Shown here in pieces: positions 13,819 to 23,445 of a stretch of 64,000 bases of DNA. The notes beneath the pieces were generated by a model that saw only the letters and a list, made by a program, of their open reading frames with translations, was not told where the DNA came from and did not search any database. Origin of the DNA: Candidatus Dormiibacterota bacterium (GTDB lineage: Bacteria; Chloroflexota; Dormibacteria; CF-121); contig DATEHI010000052.1 in NCBI GenBank assembly GCA_035279665.1, positions 7,939-71,938 of the forward strand. Reading direction: 5' to 3'. The first letter of the stretch is position 1. The number at the start of each line of letters is the position of its first letter. The position numbers were made by a program, and so were the translations under genes.

Positions 13819-15045
13819 CTAAGGCCAGTTCGGCTTCGGAAACTCGGGCTTGTTGGAGCCGGCCACGGTCGGGGGATAGACAAAGACTGCCTGGCCGGAT
13901 TGCCATTGTTCGATGTAGACGCCCACGCCACCCTGCGGCTTGCCCGTACTGTCGAAGGACATGGGGCCCTGGATCGTCTGGTAGGTCCCCGAATGCAAGG
14001 CGATGATCAGCTTCGAGTTCTCGATGCTGTTCGCCTTCTTGGCCGCCTGCTCGACCACCTGGCCAACACTGTAGGCCTCGGCGGCGTCGGCGCTGATGCC
14101 GCCAGCCGTACCGCCGTACTTGGCGATGAACTCGCTGACGAACTGGCTGTTGCCATAGGCGGTGGCATCAGACGTCCAGCCGGCCGGCACCATCACACCC
14201 TCGTCCGCCGAACCCACCTTGTCGGAGAAATCCTTGCCCTGGTCCGGGCCGGTGGTTTCGATCAGCGACTTGGGGTTGTAGTGCTGTTGCTGGAAGACCT
14301 TGATGAAGGCGACGGCGTCGGGGATCTGTGTTCCCAGGATCACGACGTCGGCATTCGCATGGATCATCTGCAGGGCGATCGGCGTGAAGTCCGTCGTCTC
14401 CGCTGGATATACCTTGTACCCACCGGACGGTGTGGTGATCCCGCCGGCCTCGAGCAGGGCCTTGGCCTTGTCGACTTGCGGCTGGGTGAAGGGATCATCC
14501 TGCGTCGCGTAGGCGGCGGTCTTCGGGCGCTGGCTGCTGGGGAGTCCGAGCAGCCATTTCGTATAGCTCACGAGGTTGTCTTCGACGGCCGCCGGCTGCA
14601 CGAAGAAAATGGACTTCAGGCCGCGGTTGAAGACGGCCGGACCGCCGCCGGCCGGCTCGGGAAAGGCGTAGCCATAACGGTCAGTGACCGTGGAGGCCGG
14701 GATCGTCAGCAGCGAGCTGAACGGTCCGAAGACCAACGCCACCTTCTCCTGCGTGATCAGGTTTGTATAGTTCGTGACCACCTGCTGCTGGCTGCTGGCG
14801 TCGTCGACGTATTTCATGGTTACCTGGTGCCCGAGCAGTCCGCCCTTCTTGTTGACGTCCTGCATCCACAGGTCATACCCCTGCTCCAGCGCTTTCCCGT
14901 CGGTCGAGAAGTCGCCGCTCAGCGATACGGAGACTCCGATCGTAATCGGCGCCTGGGGTGACGCGGTCGTGCTCGCCGTTGAGCTGCCGCACGCTGATAG
15001 AACCAGGGCGAACCCGGCCACGATCATCGACACGGGCTTACGCAT
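13819..15045 (-). CDS. livJ: ABC transporter substrate-binding lipoprotein, Leu/Ile/Val-binding (type I PBP) family
   Basis: Lipoprotein signal peptide with lipobox LSAC. PBP-I fold motifs (ITIGVSVSLSGDFS, KYVDDASSQQ). First gene of the liv operon. Confidence 0.88.
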   Translation of the reverse strand: MRKPVSMIVAGFALVLSACGSSTASTTASPQAPITIGVSVSLSGDFSTDGKALEQGYDLWMQDVNKKGGLLGHQVTMKYVDDASSQQQVVTNYTNLITQEKVALVFGPFSSLLTIPASTVTDRYGYAFPEPAGGGPAVFNRGLKSIFFVQPAAVEDNLVSYTKWLLGLPSSQRPKTAAYATQDDPFTQPQVDKAKALLEAGGITTPSGGYKVYPAETTDFTPIALQMIHANADVVILGTQIPDAVAFIKVFQQQHYNPKSLIETTGPDQGKDFSDKVGSADEGVMVPAGWTSDATAYGNSQFVSEFIAKYGGTAGGISADAAEAYSVGQVVEQAAKKANSIENSKLIIALHSGTYQTIQGPMSFDSTGKPQGGVGVYIEQWQSGQAVFVYPPTVAGSNKPEFPKPNWP

Positions 15046-15107
15046 GCTCCCTCCCTTCGGGCCAGAATCGACTCATTCTTTTGGCTCAGCCGGTTTGTTC
15101 TTGCATT

Positions 15108-15123
15108 GAACAAACGATTGTTC
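15108..15123. promoter_or_regulatory. Candidate LacI-family operator (GAACAAACGATTGTTC) in the divergent livJ/lacI promoter region, flanked by extra TTGTTC half-sites (15095..15100)
   Basis: Near-palindrome with central CG seen in sequence. It shares the core CAAACG(A/T)TTG with the perfect palindrome at 17372..17385. Confidence 0.35.
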
Positions 15124-15166
15124 TATGTTAGGCACGGGTCATACGATTGTCAATGAGGACGCGAGC

Positions 15167-16222
15167 ATGCCGGTCACACTGAAGCAGCTGGCCGCTCGCG
15201 CCCACGTCCACCCCTCCACCGTCTCGCGGGTCGCCAACCACGATCCGAGCCTGCGCATCGGCCCCGTCACACGGCAGCGGATCGAGACGCTGCTCCGCGA
15301 AACCGAATACCGCCCCAACGGCGTCGCCCGCGGGCTGAAGCTGGCGCAGACCCTGGTGCTCGCGGTGGTCATCCCCGACGTTACCAACCCCTTTTTTGCG
15401 GCCCTCTTTCGCGGCGTCGAGGATGGCGCCACGCCACGGGGGTATAACGTCCTGCTCTGCAACACGGATGGGAGTCCAGAGCGCCAGCGCTCGCACGTGC
15501 GAAGCCTGCACGCGCGTCGGGTCGATGGCGTCATTCTCGCCAGCAGCTTCCTCAAAGATCCGACGGTTCGCTGGCTGCGGCAGCAGCACATTCCCTATGT
15601 GTTGGTGAATCGGTTCAGCGACGAGGACCAGGACCCATTCGTCGGCTCGGACGACCTCGTCGGGGCCCGGGTCGCCACAACGCACCTCGCCCAACTCGGC
15701 CATCGCCGCATCGGCCACCTCGCCGGCAAGCCAACCGTCAGCACCGGAGTGCTACGTCGGCGGGGCTACCTCTGCGCGCTCCGCGATGCCGGCCTGACTC
15801 CGGACCCAGCCCTGGTCATCGAGTCCGGCTATACGGAGGAGGGCGGCGCGCGGGCGGCCGAGCGCCTGCTCGCGCTCGAAGATCGACCCACGGCCCTCTT
15901 CGCCGTGACCGACATGACGGCGGTGGGGGCTTTCGGCGCGGCCCGCCGGATGGGTTTGCGCGTCCCCGAGGACGTGGCGATCGTGGGCTACAACGACATC
16001 CCGCTGGCGATGCGAATGGTACCGGCACTCACAACGGTGCACGTCCCGATCCATGATTTCGGGGCCGCGGCGGCTCGCTTGCTGCTGGAGCAGATCGAGA
16101 CGGGCGAGCGCAGCCGGCGACGGGTGATCTTCAATCCCGAGCTGATCGTCCGCGGGTCGACGGTTGCCGGCGCTGGCACTCAAGCGGCTCACCAAGCCGT
16201 ACCGGCGTTTGCCAGCGAATGA
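15167..16222 (+). CDS. LacI-family transcriptional regulator
   Basis: N-terminal HTH (VTLKQLAARAHVHPSTVSRVAN) and periplasmic-binding-protein-like sugar-binding core. Start chosen at MPVTLKQ (ATG 15167). Confidence 0.9.
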   Translation: MPVTLKQLAARAHVHPSTVSRVANHDPSLRIGPVTRQRIETLLRETEYRPNGVARGLKLAQTLVLAVVIPDVTNPFFAALFRGVEDGATPRGYNVLLCNTDGSPERQRSHVRSLHARRVDGVILASSFLKDPTVRWLRQQHIPYVLVNRFSDEDQDPFVGSDDLVGARVATTHLAQLGHRRIGHLAGKPTVSTGVLRRRGYLCALRDAGLTPDPALVIESGYTEEGGARAAERLLALEDRPTALFAVTDMTAVGAFGAARRMGLRVPEDVAIVGYNDIPLAMRMVPALTTVHVPIHDFGAAAARLLLEQIETGERSRRRVIFNPELIVRGSTVAGAGTQAAHQAVPAFASE

Positions 16223-16232
16223 TGACACTGCA

Positions 16233-17171
16233 ATGGTAAGCAATCGTTTGCGCACACTCGGCTGGATTGGGACGGGGCGAATGGGATCGGTACTCGCCAC
16301 CCGCCTGCTGGAGCACGGCTGCGACCTGACGGTCTACAACCGCACTCGGGCCAAGGCCGAAGCACTGGCGCAGCACGGCGCGCGCATCGTTGATCAGCCG
16401 GCGGACCTGCGCGACCGCGACATCGTCATCACCTCCGTCGCGGGATCCCGTGACTTCGCCGAGGTGATGACCGGGCCGCACGGTCTCCTCGCGAACGGCA
16501 GCCGGGTGCCCGCGATGGTGATCGACACGTCCACCGTTTCGATGGACGTCTCGCAAACGATCCGTCAGAAGGCGGCCGAGCTCGGTGCGGCGCTGCTCGC
16601 GGCGCCGGTCAGCGGCAACCCGAAGGTCGCGCGCGCCGGCAAGTTGAGCCTGGCCGTGTCGGGGCCACGCCAGGCGTTCGAAGACGCGCTGCCCTACCTG
16701 GAGATGCTGGGAAAGAGCGTGACCTATGTCGGTGAGGGCGAGGCGGCCAGGCTGGTCAAGATCTGCCACAACCTCATCCTGGGCGTCGTCACGCAGATCC
16801 TCGCCGAGACAATCATCCTCGCGGAACGCGGCGGCATCAGCCGCGCCGACTACCTCGCGTTCATCAACGACAGTGTGATGGGCTCGACATTCAGCCGCTA
16901 CAAGACGCCTGCATTCGTCAGCCTCGATTTCACGCCGACCTTCACCGGCCACTTGCTGCGGAAGGACTTTGAACTCGGTTTGGACGCCGCGCGCCAGCTC
17001 GACGTTCCGTTGCCGGTCGCGGCCCTCACCCACCAGATCGTCGTCAGCCTTATCGAGAACGGCCTGGGCGAGGTCGATTTTGCCGCGCTCCTCGAGCTCG
17101 AGGCCCGTGGAGCGAATCTCCACCTGGCTCCGGAGGCACGCGAGATGTCGGACGGACTCGAGGCAGACTAA
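16233..17171 (+). CDS. NAD(P)-dependent oxidoreductase, 3-hydroxyisobutyrate / 6-phosphogluconate dehydrogenase-like (HIBADH family)
   Basis: Dinucleotide-binding motif LGWIGTGRMGSVLATRLLEHGCDLTVYNRT and a HIBADH-like C-terminal domain. Start at MVSNRL, 10 bp after the lacI stop. Confidence 0.85.
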   Translation: MVSNRLRTLGWIGTGRMGSVLATRLLEHGCDLTVYNRTRAKAEALAQHGARIVDQPADLRDRDIVITSVAGSRDFAEVMTGPHGLLANGSRVPAMVIDTSTVSMDVSQTIRQKAAELGAALLAAPVSGNPKVARAGKLSLAVSGPRQAFEDALPYLEMLGKSVTYVGEGEAARLVKICHNLILGVVTQILAETIILAERGGISRADYLAFINDSVMGSTFSRYKTPAFVSLDFTPTFTGHLLRKDFELGLDAARQLDVPLPVAALTHQIVVSLIENGLGEVDFAALLELEARGANLHLAPEAREMSDGLEAD

Positions 17172-17337
17172 CCCGACGCGCGGTCCGCGATGGACGCACC
17201 ACCAGGGCGGAGCGGCGCTACAGACAACCGCTCTGCGCCGGTATCCGTATCGCCGCCCCCTTCGCCGCCCTGGCACTCGGGGATAGCACGTCGCGAACCC
17301 CTCGCTGACCGCCATGCTAACCACCCCCATTTGATCT

Positions 17338-17385
17338 GTCAAAGGTTTGGCCATACCGCCCTTTTCTGCGTGCCAAACGTTTGGC
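17338..17385. promoter_or_regulatory. Two operator-like palindromes: imperfect gtCAAAgGTTTGgcc (17338..17352) and perfect 14-bp GCCAAACGTTTGGC (17372..17385)
   Basis: Perfect palindrome with central CG seen directly. It lies upstream of the truncated LacI paralog and the M24/E1/ALDH operon. Confidence 0.35.
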
Positions 17386-17499
17386 GCCCGTTAACCTCAG
17401 CCGCGCGGGGTTGCGGAGCGTTGCTTCCGATGCATACCCCTCACCAGCGGTTAACGTTGGACCAGGGCGCTGAGCGCCTGGGTGATGGCAGGGCGGGGC

Positions 17500-18292
17500 G
17501 ACGGGTGGGCGAACGCAACGCGCGCCGGGGGCGGACGATCGTGACCCTGGAGGAGGTTGCTCGGGCAGCGGGCGTTCACTATTCGTGGATCGGATCCTCA
17601 ATCACCTCTTGAGCCGGCGGGTCGACGCCATCATCCTGACCGGTGCGCGAATCCGCGACGCACCCAGACTGCGCCAGATCCGGCGTCAAGGCATCCCGCT
17701 TGTGCTGGTGGTTCAGGATGTTCCCGGGATCCGCTTGCCGGCCGCCATCAATGACGACTTCCTCGGCGGCGTGCTGGCGGCTAAACATCTCCTCTCGCTC
17801 GGGCACCGGCGCGTCGCCCAACTGCGCGGACCGCCGGACCTCAACTCCTGCGTCTTGCGTGCCCGGGGTTTCAGCAAGACGATTGCGGCCGCGGGCGCCG
17901 TGGAAGTCGCCCTTCGGTCCACGGCCCCCACGGGATCACCCGACGAGGGTCGTTTCCTGATGGGGAAGCTCCTCGATCGCAAGGGACCGAGGCCATCCGG
18001 GATCTTCGCGCATCATGACCTGATGGCCTTCGGCGCGCTCACCGCGGCGGAGGAGCGAGGCTTGCTGGCTCCGAAGGACCTGTCGATGATCGGCTATCAC
18101 GATCTGCCGCACGATGAGCGCATCGTGCCGCCGCTCACCTCCATCCGACAACAGCGCGAGAAAATCGGCCGGACCGCCGCACAGTTTCTCGTAGAAATGC
18201 TCAGGCCGCCGGGCCGGGCGCCGGCCCCTCGACGGCTCGCCCCCGAGCTGGTGGTGCGCCAATCGACCGGTCCGCCTCCAGCCATTCGTTAA
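17500..18292 (+). pseudogene. Truncated/frameshifted LacI-family regulator paralog (HTH disrupted, about 85 codons deleted)
   Basis: An HTH remnant RTIVTLEEVARAAGVH is in one frame (17190..17612 ORF). It then switches frame near 17580 into a LacI ligand-binding domain starting at the position equivalent to ...RRVDGVIL... of the intact paralog at 15167..16222. No intact DNA-binding domain remains. Confidence 0.5.
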
Positions 18293-18294
18293 CC

Positions 18295-19566
18295 TTGAGC
18301 GCGGTGGCACGAACGAAATCCGAGTTCACCGTGACCTCCGTCCCCGCACCGGGGCGGATGCACGTCGATTGGGAGGAACGGGTCGATTTCCGCCGCCTCC
18401 ACGACTACCGGCTGGGACGCACCCGCCAGGCGATCGCGAATGCCGGCCTCGGTGCGGTGCTGGTCTTCGACATGAACAACATCCGCTACATCACCAGCAC
18501 CACCATCGGCGAGTGGGCGCGCGACAAGATGGCTCGCTTCGCGCTGCTGACCCGGGGCGGCGACCCGATCCTGTGGGATTTCGGCTCGGCGGCGAAGGCG
18601 CATCGCCTGCACGCGCCCTGGCTGCGGCCAGAGAATTCTCGAGCCGGAATGACGGGTCTACGTGGGTCCGTTGCCCCCGATGCGGGCCTCTCGGATGACG
18701 TCGCGATGACCGTAAAGGACCTGATGCGCGAGCAAGGCGTCGCCGGCGAGCCGCTTGGCGTCGACATCGCCGAGCTGCCGATGGTCTTCGCGCTGGAGAA
18801 GGCGGGCATCAACGTCGTCGATGCGCAGCAGGCGATGCTCGACGCGCGACAGATCAAGTCCCAGGACGAGATCACGCTGCTCAGCATGTCGGCCGCGCTC
18901 GTCGATGGCGTCTACCAGACGATCTACGAAGTGTTGAAGCCGGGCATCCGCGAGAACGAGATCGTCGCGATTGCCAACAAGCAGCTCTACGACATGGGCT
19001 CCGACGATGTCGAGGCGATCAATGCCGTGTCGGGCGAGCGTTGCAGCCCGCATCCTCATGTCTTCTCCGATCGCCTCATCCGGCCCGGCGACCAGGCGTT
19101 CTTCGACATCATCCAGGCCTACAACGGCTATCGCACCTGCTACTACCGGACCTTCAACGTCGGCCGCGCGACGCAGAGCCAGCGCGACGCCTACAAGAAG
19201 GCGCGCGAATGGATCGATGCGGGGATCGACATGGTGAAGCCCGGGGTCACGACCGACATGATCGCCCGGGCCTGGCCGAAAGCGCAGGATTTCGGCTTCG
19301 AGAACGAGATGGAGGCCTTCGGCCTACAGTTCGGGCACGGCCTTGGGCTGGCGCTGCACGAACGACCGATCATCAGCCGCCTCACTTCGCTCGACCACCC
19401 GGTCGAACTGAACGAGGGCATGGTCTTCGCCCTGGAAACCTATTGCCCGGCGTCGGACGGCCATTCGGCGGCGCGCATCGAGGAGGAAATCGTGGTGACG
19501 GCGACGGGGCACGAGGTGATCACCCTCTTCCCCGCCGAGGAGCTCGTCATCGCGAACGCCTATTGA
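18295..19566 (+). CDS. M24-family metallopeptidase (creatinase / Xaa-Pro dipeptidase / ectoine-hydrolase-like)
   Basis: Creatinase-type N-terminal domain followed by a pita-bread catalytic domain with metal ligands (DxxxD...H...E...E pattern). Start uncertain: TTG at 18295 or ATG at 18358. Confidence 0.8.
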   Translation: MSAVARTKSEFTVTSVPAPGRMHVDWEERVDFRRLHDYRLGRTRQAIANAGLGAVLVFDMNNIRYITSTTIGEWARDKMARFALLTRGGDPILWDFGSAAKAHRLHAPWLRPENSRAGMTGLRGSVAPDAGLSDDVAMTVKDLMREQGVAGEPLGVDIAELPMVFALEKAGINVVDAQQAMLDARQIKSQDEITLLSMSAALVDGVYQTIYEVLKPGIRENEIVAIANKQLYDMGSDDVEAINAVSGERCSPHPHVFSDRLIRPGDQAFFDIIQAYNGYRTCYYRTFNVGRATQSQRDAYKKAREWIDAGIDMVKPGVTTDMIARAWPKAQDFGFENEMEAFGLQFGHGLGLALHERPIISRLTSLDHPVELNEGMVFALETYCPASDGHSAARIEEEIVVTATGHEVITLFPAEELVIANAY

Positions 19567-19586
19567 GCACCCAGGTCGGTCGGCCC

Positions 19587-20576
19587 GTGGAGGATGAGGT
19601 GGACCGCCCAACGCAGCTGCGCCTTTATCGATTGATGGTCGAGCTGCGCGATTTCGAGCAGCGCGCCTACGAGCTGTTCCTCGAGAACCTGGTGCGCGGC
19701 ACGAGCCACCTGGCGCTCGGGCAGGAGGCCATCGCCGCCGGCTACGCGGTGGCGATGCGCGCCGATGACTACACCTTCTGCACCTATCGCGGTCACGGCC
19801 ACACCCTCGCTCGCGGCGCGTCGATGGCCGGCGCGCTGGCCGAGCTGATGGGGCGTGGCAACGGCATGCTCCACGGCAAGGGCGGGTCGATGCACCTTAC
19901 CGACGTCACGCATGGGGCCATGGGGTCCTACGCGATTGTCGGCGCGCACCTGCCGATCGCGGCCGGCGCCGCCTGGTCGGCGCAGGTTCGCAAGTCCGGA
20001 CAGGTCGCGGTCTGTTTCTTTGGCGACGGGACGACCAACATCGGCGCCTTTCACGAAGCCCTCAACCTGGCGGTGATCTGGAAGCTGCCGGTGGTCTTTT
20101 GCTGCGAGAACAACCAGTACATGGAGTACACGCCGATTCGATCGGTGACCGCTGTCGAGCATCCGGCCGCCGACCGCGCCTCGGCCTACGGCCTCGACGC
20201 AATCCTGGTCGACGGCAACGATGCCGACGTGATGTACGAGACGGCGAGGCAAACGATCGGCAAGGCTCGCAACGGTGGCGGCCCCTCGCTGATCGAGGCC
20301 CTCACCTATCGGCACGGTGGTCACTCGCGCGCCGATCCCGCCAAGTACCGGCCGGAGGCCGAGGTGCAGGAATGGCTCGGCCGCGACCCGGTGAAGCGCT
20401 ACCGCGAACGGCTGCAGGCCGCCGGCATCGGCGAGGCCGAGCTCAACGAGATCGATACCCGCGCTCAGCAGAAGGTGGACGCGGCGACCGATGAGGCGCG
20501 CAAGGGTGCCCCGGCCCGGGTCGCCGAGATCGAACGCCAGGTCTGGAGTGACGGAGGCGCAGCATGGCGGAACTGA
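19587..20576 (+). CDS. Thiamine-diphosphate-dependent 2-oxoacid dehydrogenase E1 component, alpha subunit
   Basis: Conserved YRLMVELRDFE...GQEA...YRGHG... and TPP-binding GDG(X)nNN (FFGDGTTNIGAFHEALNLAVIWKLPVVFCCENNQY). GTG start at 19587 after the M24 stop. The longer 19041 ORF overlaps the preceding gene. Confidence 0.85.
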   Translation: MEDEVDRPTQLRLYRLMVELRDFEQRAYELFLENLVRGTSHLALGQEAIAAGYAVAMRADDYTFCTYRGHGHTLARGASMAGALAELMGRGNGMLHGKGGSMHLTDVTHGAMGSYAIVGAHLPIAAGAAWSAQVRKSGQVAVCFFGDGTTNIGAFHEALNLAVIWKLPVVFCCENNQYMEYTPIRSVTAVEHPAADRASAYGLDAILVDGNDADVMYETARQTIGKARNGGGPSLIEALTYRHGGHSRADPAKYRPEAEVQEWLGRDPVKRYRERLQAAGIGEAELNEIDTRAQQKVDAATDEARKGAPARVAEIERQVWSDGGAAWRN

Positions 20577-21538
20577 GTTTCCGCGAGGCGATCGCGGCCG
20601 GCATCGCGCAGGAGATGGAGCGGGACCCGATGGTCTACTTCATCGGCGAGGACGTCGGCGCCGCCGGCGGTGTCTTCAAGGCGACGGTCGGGCTATTCGA
20701 ACGCTTCGGCCCGGAACGCGTGCGCGATACGCCGATCTCGGAGCAGGCGATCATCGGCGCCGCGATGGGAGCGGCGATGACCGGTCTTCGGCCGGTGGCC
20801 GAGATCATGTTTTCCGATTTTCTCGCGACCTGCTGGGACATGATCGCGAACCAGGTGGCCAAGACGCGCTACATGACGGACGGCCAGGTCTCGCTCCCGC
20901 TCGTGATCCGGACCGCCAACGGCGGTGGCACACGCTTCGGCGCGCAACACTCGCAGAGCCTCGAGAACTGGGGCATGGCGGTGCCAGGCTTGAAAGTCGT
21001 CGCGCCCTCGACACCCGCCGACGCCAAGGGCTTGCTGGCGGCTGCCATCCGCGACCCGGACCCGGTGCTCTTCTTCGAGCAGAAATCGCTCTACGGCGTC
21101 AAGGGCCAGGTCCCGGACGGCGAGCATGTCGACCGCCTCGGGACGGCGAACGTGCTTCGGAATGGGAAGGATTGCACCATCGTGGCGCTAGCTGCGATGG
21201 TGCCCAGGGCGATGCAGGCCGCCGAGAAACTCGAAGACCTGGACATCGACGCGACCGTTGTCGATGTCCGCAGCCTGGTGCCGCTCGATACGCGGATGAT
21301 CCTCGCGGAAGTCATCAAGACCGGCCGGCTCTTCACGGTCGAGGAGAACCCGCGACTCTGCGGCTGGGGCGCCGAGATCGCCTCGATCGCAGCCGACGAG
21401 TGCTTCGACGACCTGGACGGCCCCATCGTCCGCATCACGACGCCGCACGTCCCGCTGCCGGCCGCCGACGTGCTGGAGGATGTGGCCATGCCGTCGGTGG
21501 AGCGCATCGTCGCGACCGTGCGAAAATCAATGAAATGA
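20564..21538 (+). CDS. 2-oxoacid dehydrogenase E1 component, beta subunit (transketolase-like)
   Basis: MAELSFREAIAAGIAQEMERDPMVYFIGEDVG... is typical of E1-beta. It overlaps the alpha gene by 13 nt. Confidence 0.9.
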   Translation: MAELSFREAIAAGIAQEMERDPMVYFIGEDVGAAGGVFKATVGLFERFGPERVRDTPISEQAIIGAAMGAAMTGLRPVAEIMFSDFLATCWDMIANQVAKTRYMTDGQVSLPLVIRTANGGGTRFGAQHSQSLENWGMAVPGLKVVAPSTPADAKGLLAAAIRDPDPVLFFEQKSLYGVKGQVPDGEHVDRLGTANVLRNGKDCTIVALAAMVPRAMQAAEKLEDLDIDATVVDVRSLVPLDTRMILAEVIKTGRLFTVEENPRLCGWGAEIASIAADECFDDLDGPIVRITTPHVPLPAADVLEDVAMPSVERIVATVRKSMK

Positions 21539-22992
21539 CCCCTGTCAGTGAGCTGATCTCCGTCCGCCATACCGACCTCTACCTCAATGGCTCCTGGGGC
21601 CCGGCCGCCGACGGCCAGCGGATCGATGTCCAGGACCCGGCGACCGGCGAGGTGATCGCGACCGTCGCCAGTGCCGCGGTGCAGGATGCGCTCGCGGCCG
21701 TGCAGGCTGCCGCGGACGCCTTGCGACCCTGGGCCGCCAGGCCGCCCCGGCAGCGCGCCGAGATCCTGCGCAAGGGCTTCGAGCTGATGATGCGCGACCA
21801 GGAAAAACTCGCGGAGTTGATGGTCCGCGAGAACGGCAAGCCGATGGCCGAGGCGCGCGGCGAGGTCGCCTACGCGGCCGAGTTCTTCCGTTGGTTCTCC
21901 GAAGAAGCCGTGCGGAATATCGGCTCGGTGTCGATCTCGCCCAGCGGTGCCAACCGCATCCTGGTCGAGCACCAGCCGATCGGGGTGTCCGTGCTGGTCA
22001 CGCCCTGGAATTTCCCGGCGGCGATGGCCACCCGAAAGATCGGACCTGCCCTGGCCGCCGGCTGCACCGTCGTGTTGAAGCCGGCATCGGAAACGCCGCT
22101 GACGGCGCTGGCGATTGCGGACCTCCTCGAGCAGGCCGGCGTGCCGAAGGGGGTCGTCAACGTGATTCCGTCGAAGCGCTCGTCGGAAGTGGTCAAGGCC
22201 ATGCTGAAAGATCCGCGGGTGCGCAAGCTCTCCTTCACGGGCTCGACCGAGGTAGGGCGCATCCTGCTGGCGCAGGCGGCGGAGAATGTGATCAGCTGCT
22301 CCATGGAGCTGGGCGGCAATGCGCCGTTCATCGTGCTGGCGGACGCCGACCTGGATGCCGCGCTCGAGGGTGCGATGGTCGCCAAGATGCGAAACACCGG
22401 GCAGTCGTGCATCGCCGCCAACCGGTTCTACGTCGAGGCGCCGGTCGCGGAGAAGTTCTCGACGATGCTGGCGCGTGCCATGGGCGCCTTATCGATAGGC
22501 TCGGGCATGGATCCCGACGTCAAGGTCGGGCCGGTCATCAACCAACCCGCCCGCGAGAAGATGCTGGGATTGGTCGCGGAAGCGGCGGGGCATGGGGCCC
22601 GGGTGCTGACCGGAGGCAGCGCGCCGAACCGACCAGGGTATTTCGTCCCACCCACGGTGCTGAGCGAAGTTCCACCCGATGAACACATCCTCAAAGAGGA
22701 AATCTTCGGGCCGATCGCGCCCGTCGTCACCTTCCGCGATGTCAACGAAGCCATCGAGTTTGCGAACCGGACCGACCGTGGCCTGGCCTCCTACGTTTAT
22801 ACGCGCGACCTGGCGAAAGGCCTGGCGATCGCCGAGGCGATCGAGTCCGGGATGGTCGGCCTCAACCGCGGCTTCATCTCGGATCCCGCTGCCCCCTTCG
22901 GCGGCGTGAAGCAGAGCGGCGTCGGTCGCGAGGGTTCGCACGAGGGTCTGCTCGAGTTCCTCGAAACCAAGTACATCGCGACCAACTGGTAG
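21535..22992 (+). CDS. NAD(P)+-dependent aldehyde dehydrogenase, succinate-semialdehyde dehydrogenase (GabD)-like
   Basis: ALDH motifs VTPWNFPAAMATRKIGPALAAGCTVVLKPASETP and catalytic Cys in GQSCIAANR. ATG at 21535 overlaps the E1-beta stop (ATGA). The 833-aa ORF from 20491 is a frame artefact. Confidence 0.9.
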   Translation: MTPVSELISVRHTDLYLNGSWGPAADGQRIDVQDPATGEVIATVASAAVQDALAAVQAAADALRPWAARPPRQRAEILRKGFELMMRDQEKLAELMVRENGKPMAEARGEVAYAAEFFRWFSEEAVRNIGSVSISPSGANRILVEHQPIGVSVLVTPWNFPAAMATRKIGPALAAGCTVVLKPASETPLTALAIADLLEQAGVPKGVVNVIPSKRSSEVVKAMLKDPRVRKLSFTGSTEVGRILLAQAAENVISCSMELGGNAPFIVLADADLDAALEGAMVAKMRNTGQSCIAANRFYVEAPVAEKFSTMLARAMGALSIGSGMDPDVKVGPVINQPAREKMLGLVAEAAGHGARVLTGGSAPNRPGYFVPPTVLSEVPPDEHILKEEIFGPIAPVVTFRDVNEAIEFANRTDRGLASYVYTRDLAKGLAIAEAIESGMVGLNRGFISDPAAPFGGVKQSGVGREGSHEGLLEFLETKYIATNW

Positions 22993-22995
22993 GCG

Positions 22996-23439
22996 GTGGA
23001 AGAGCGAGACCTCGCTCTTCGACGTCAGACCTACCGGCTCTTCATCGATTTCGGTCGGGCGCCGACTGTCGAGGAGGCCGCGGAGGCCGCCTCGCTACCC
23101 GCCCACGACGTCGCGGATGGCTGGCGCCGGCTGCACGACGCGCACGCTCTGGTGCTGCAACCCGACCGAGCGGAAATCCGTATGGCGAACCCCTTCTCGG
23201 CAATTCCGACTCGCTATCGCGTCCGCGCCGGCGGCCGGGACTGGTATGCCAACTGCGCCTGGGACGCATTTGGGATTTGTGCCGCCCTCCATGCCGACGG
23301 ACATATCGACTCGAACTGTATCGATTGCGGCGCACCAATCAAGATCGATGTCCGGGCTCAACGACCCGAGCAGCAAGATCTCTTCTTCCATTGCCTGGTT
23401 CCGGCCCGACACTGGTGGGAGGACATCGTCTTCACCTGA
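22996..23439 (+). CDS. Alkylmercury (organomercurial) lyase MerB-family protein, N-terminal/catalytic portion
   Basis: YANCAWDAFGICAA matches the MerB active-site region (YAWCALDTLIFPA with Cys/Asp). LFFHCLVPARHWWED matches the MerB second-Cys region. The ORF ends at an in-frame TGA. Confidence 0.65.
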   Translation: MEERDLALRRQTYRLFIDFGRAPTVEEAAEAASLPAHDVADGWRRLHDAHALVLQPDRAEIRMANPFSAIPTRYRVRAGGRDWYANCAWDAFGICAALHADGHIDSNCIDCGAPIKIDVRAQRPEQQDLFFHCLVPARHWWEDIVFT

Positions 23440-23445
23440 AGCACG

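Noticed and set aside
20491-22992. 833-aa ORF suggesting a fused protein
   Set aside because: Only the C-terminal 486 aa (from ATG 21535) is an aldehyde dehydrogenase. The N-terminal 350 aa is an out-of-frame overlap with the E1 alpha/beta genes, with Arg-rich nonsense translation.
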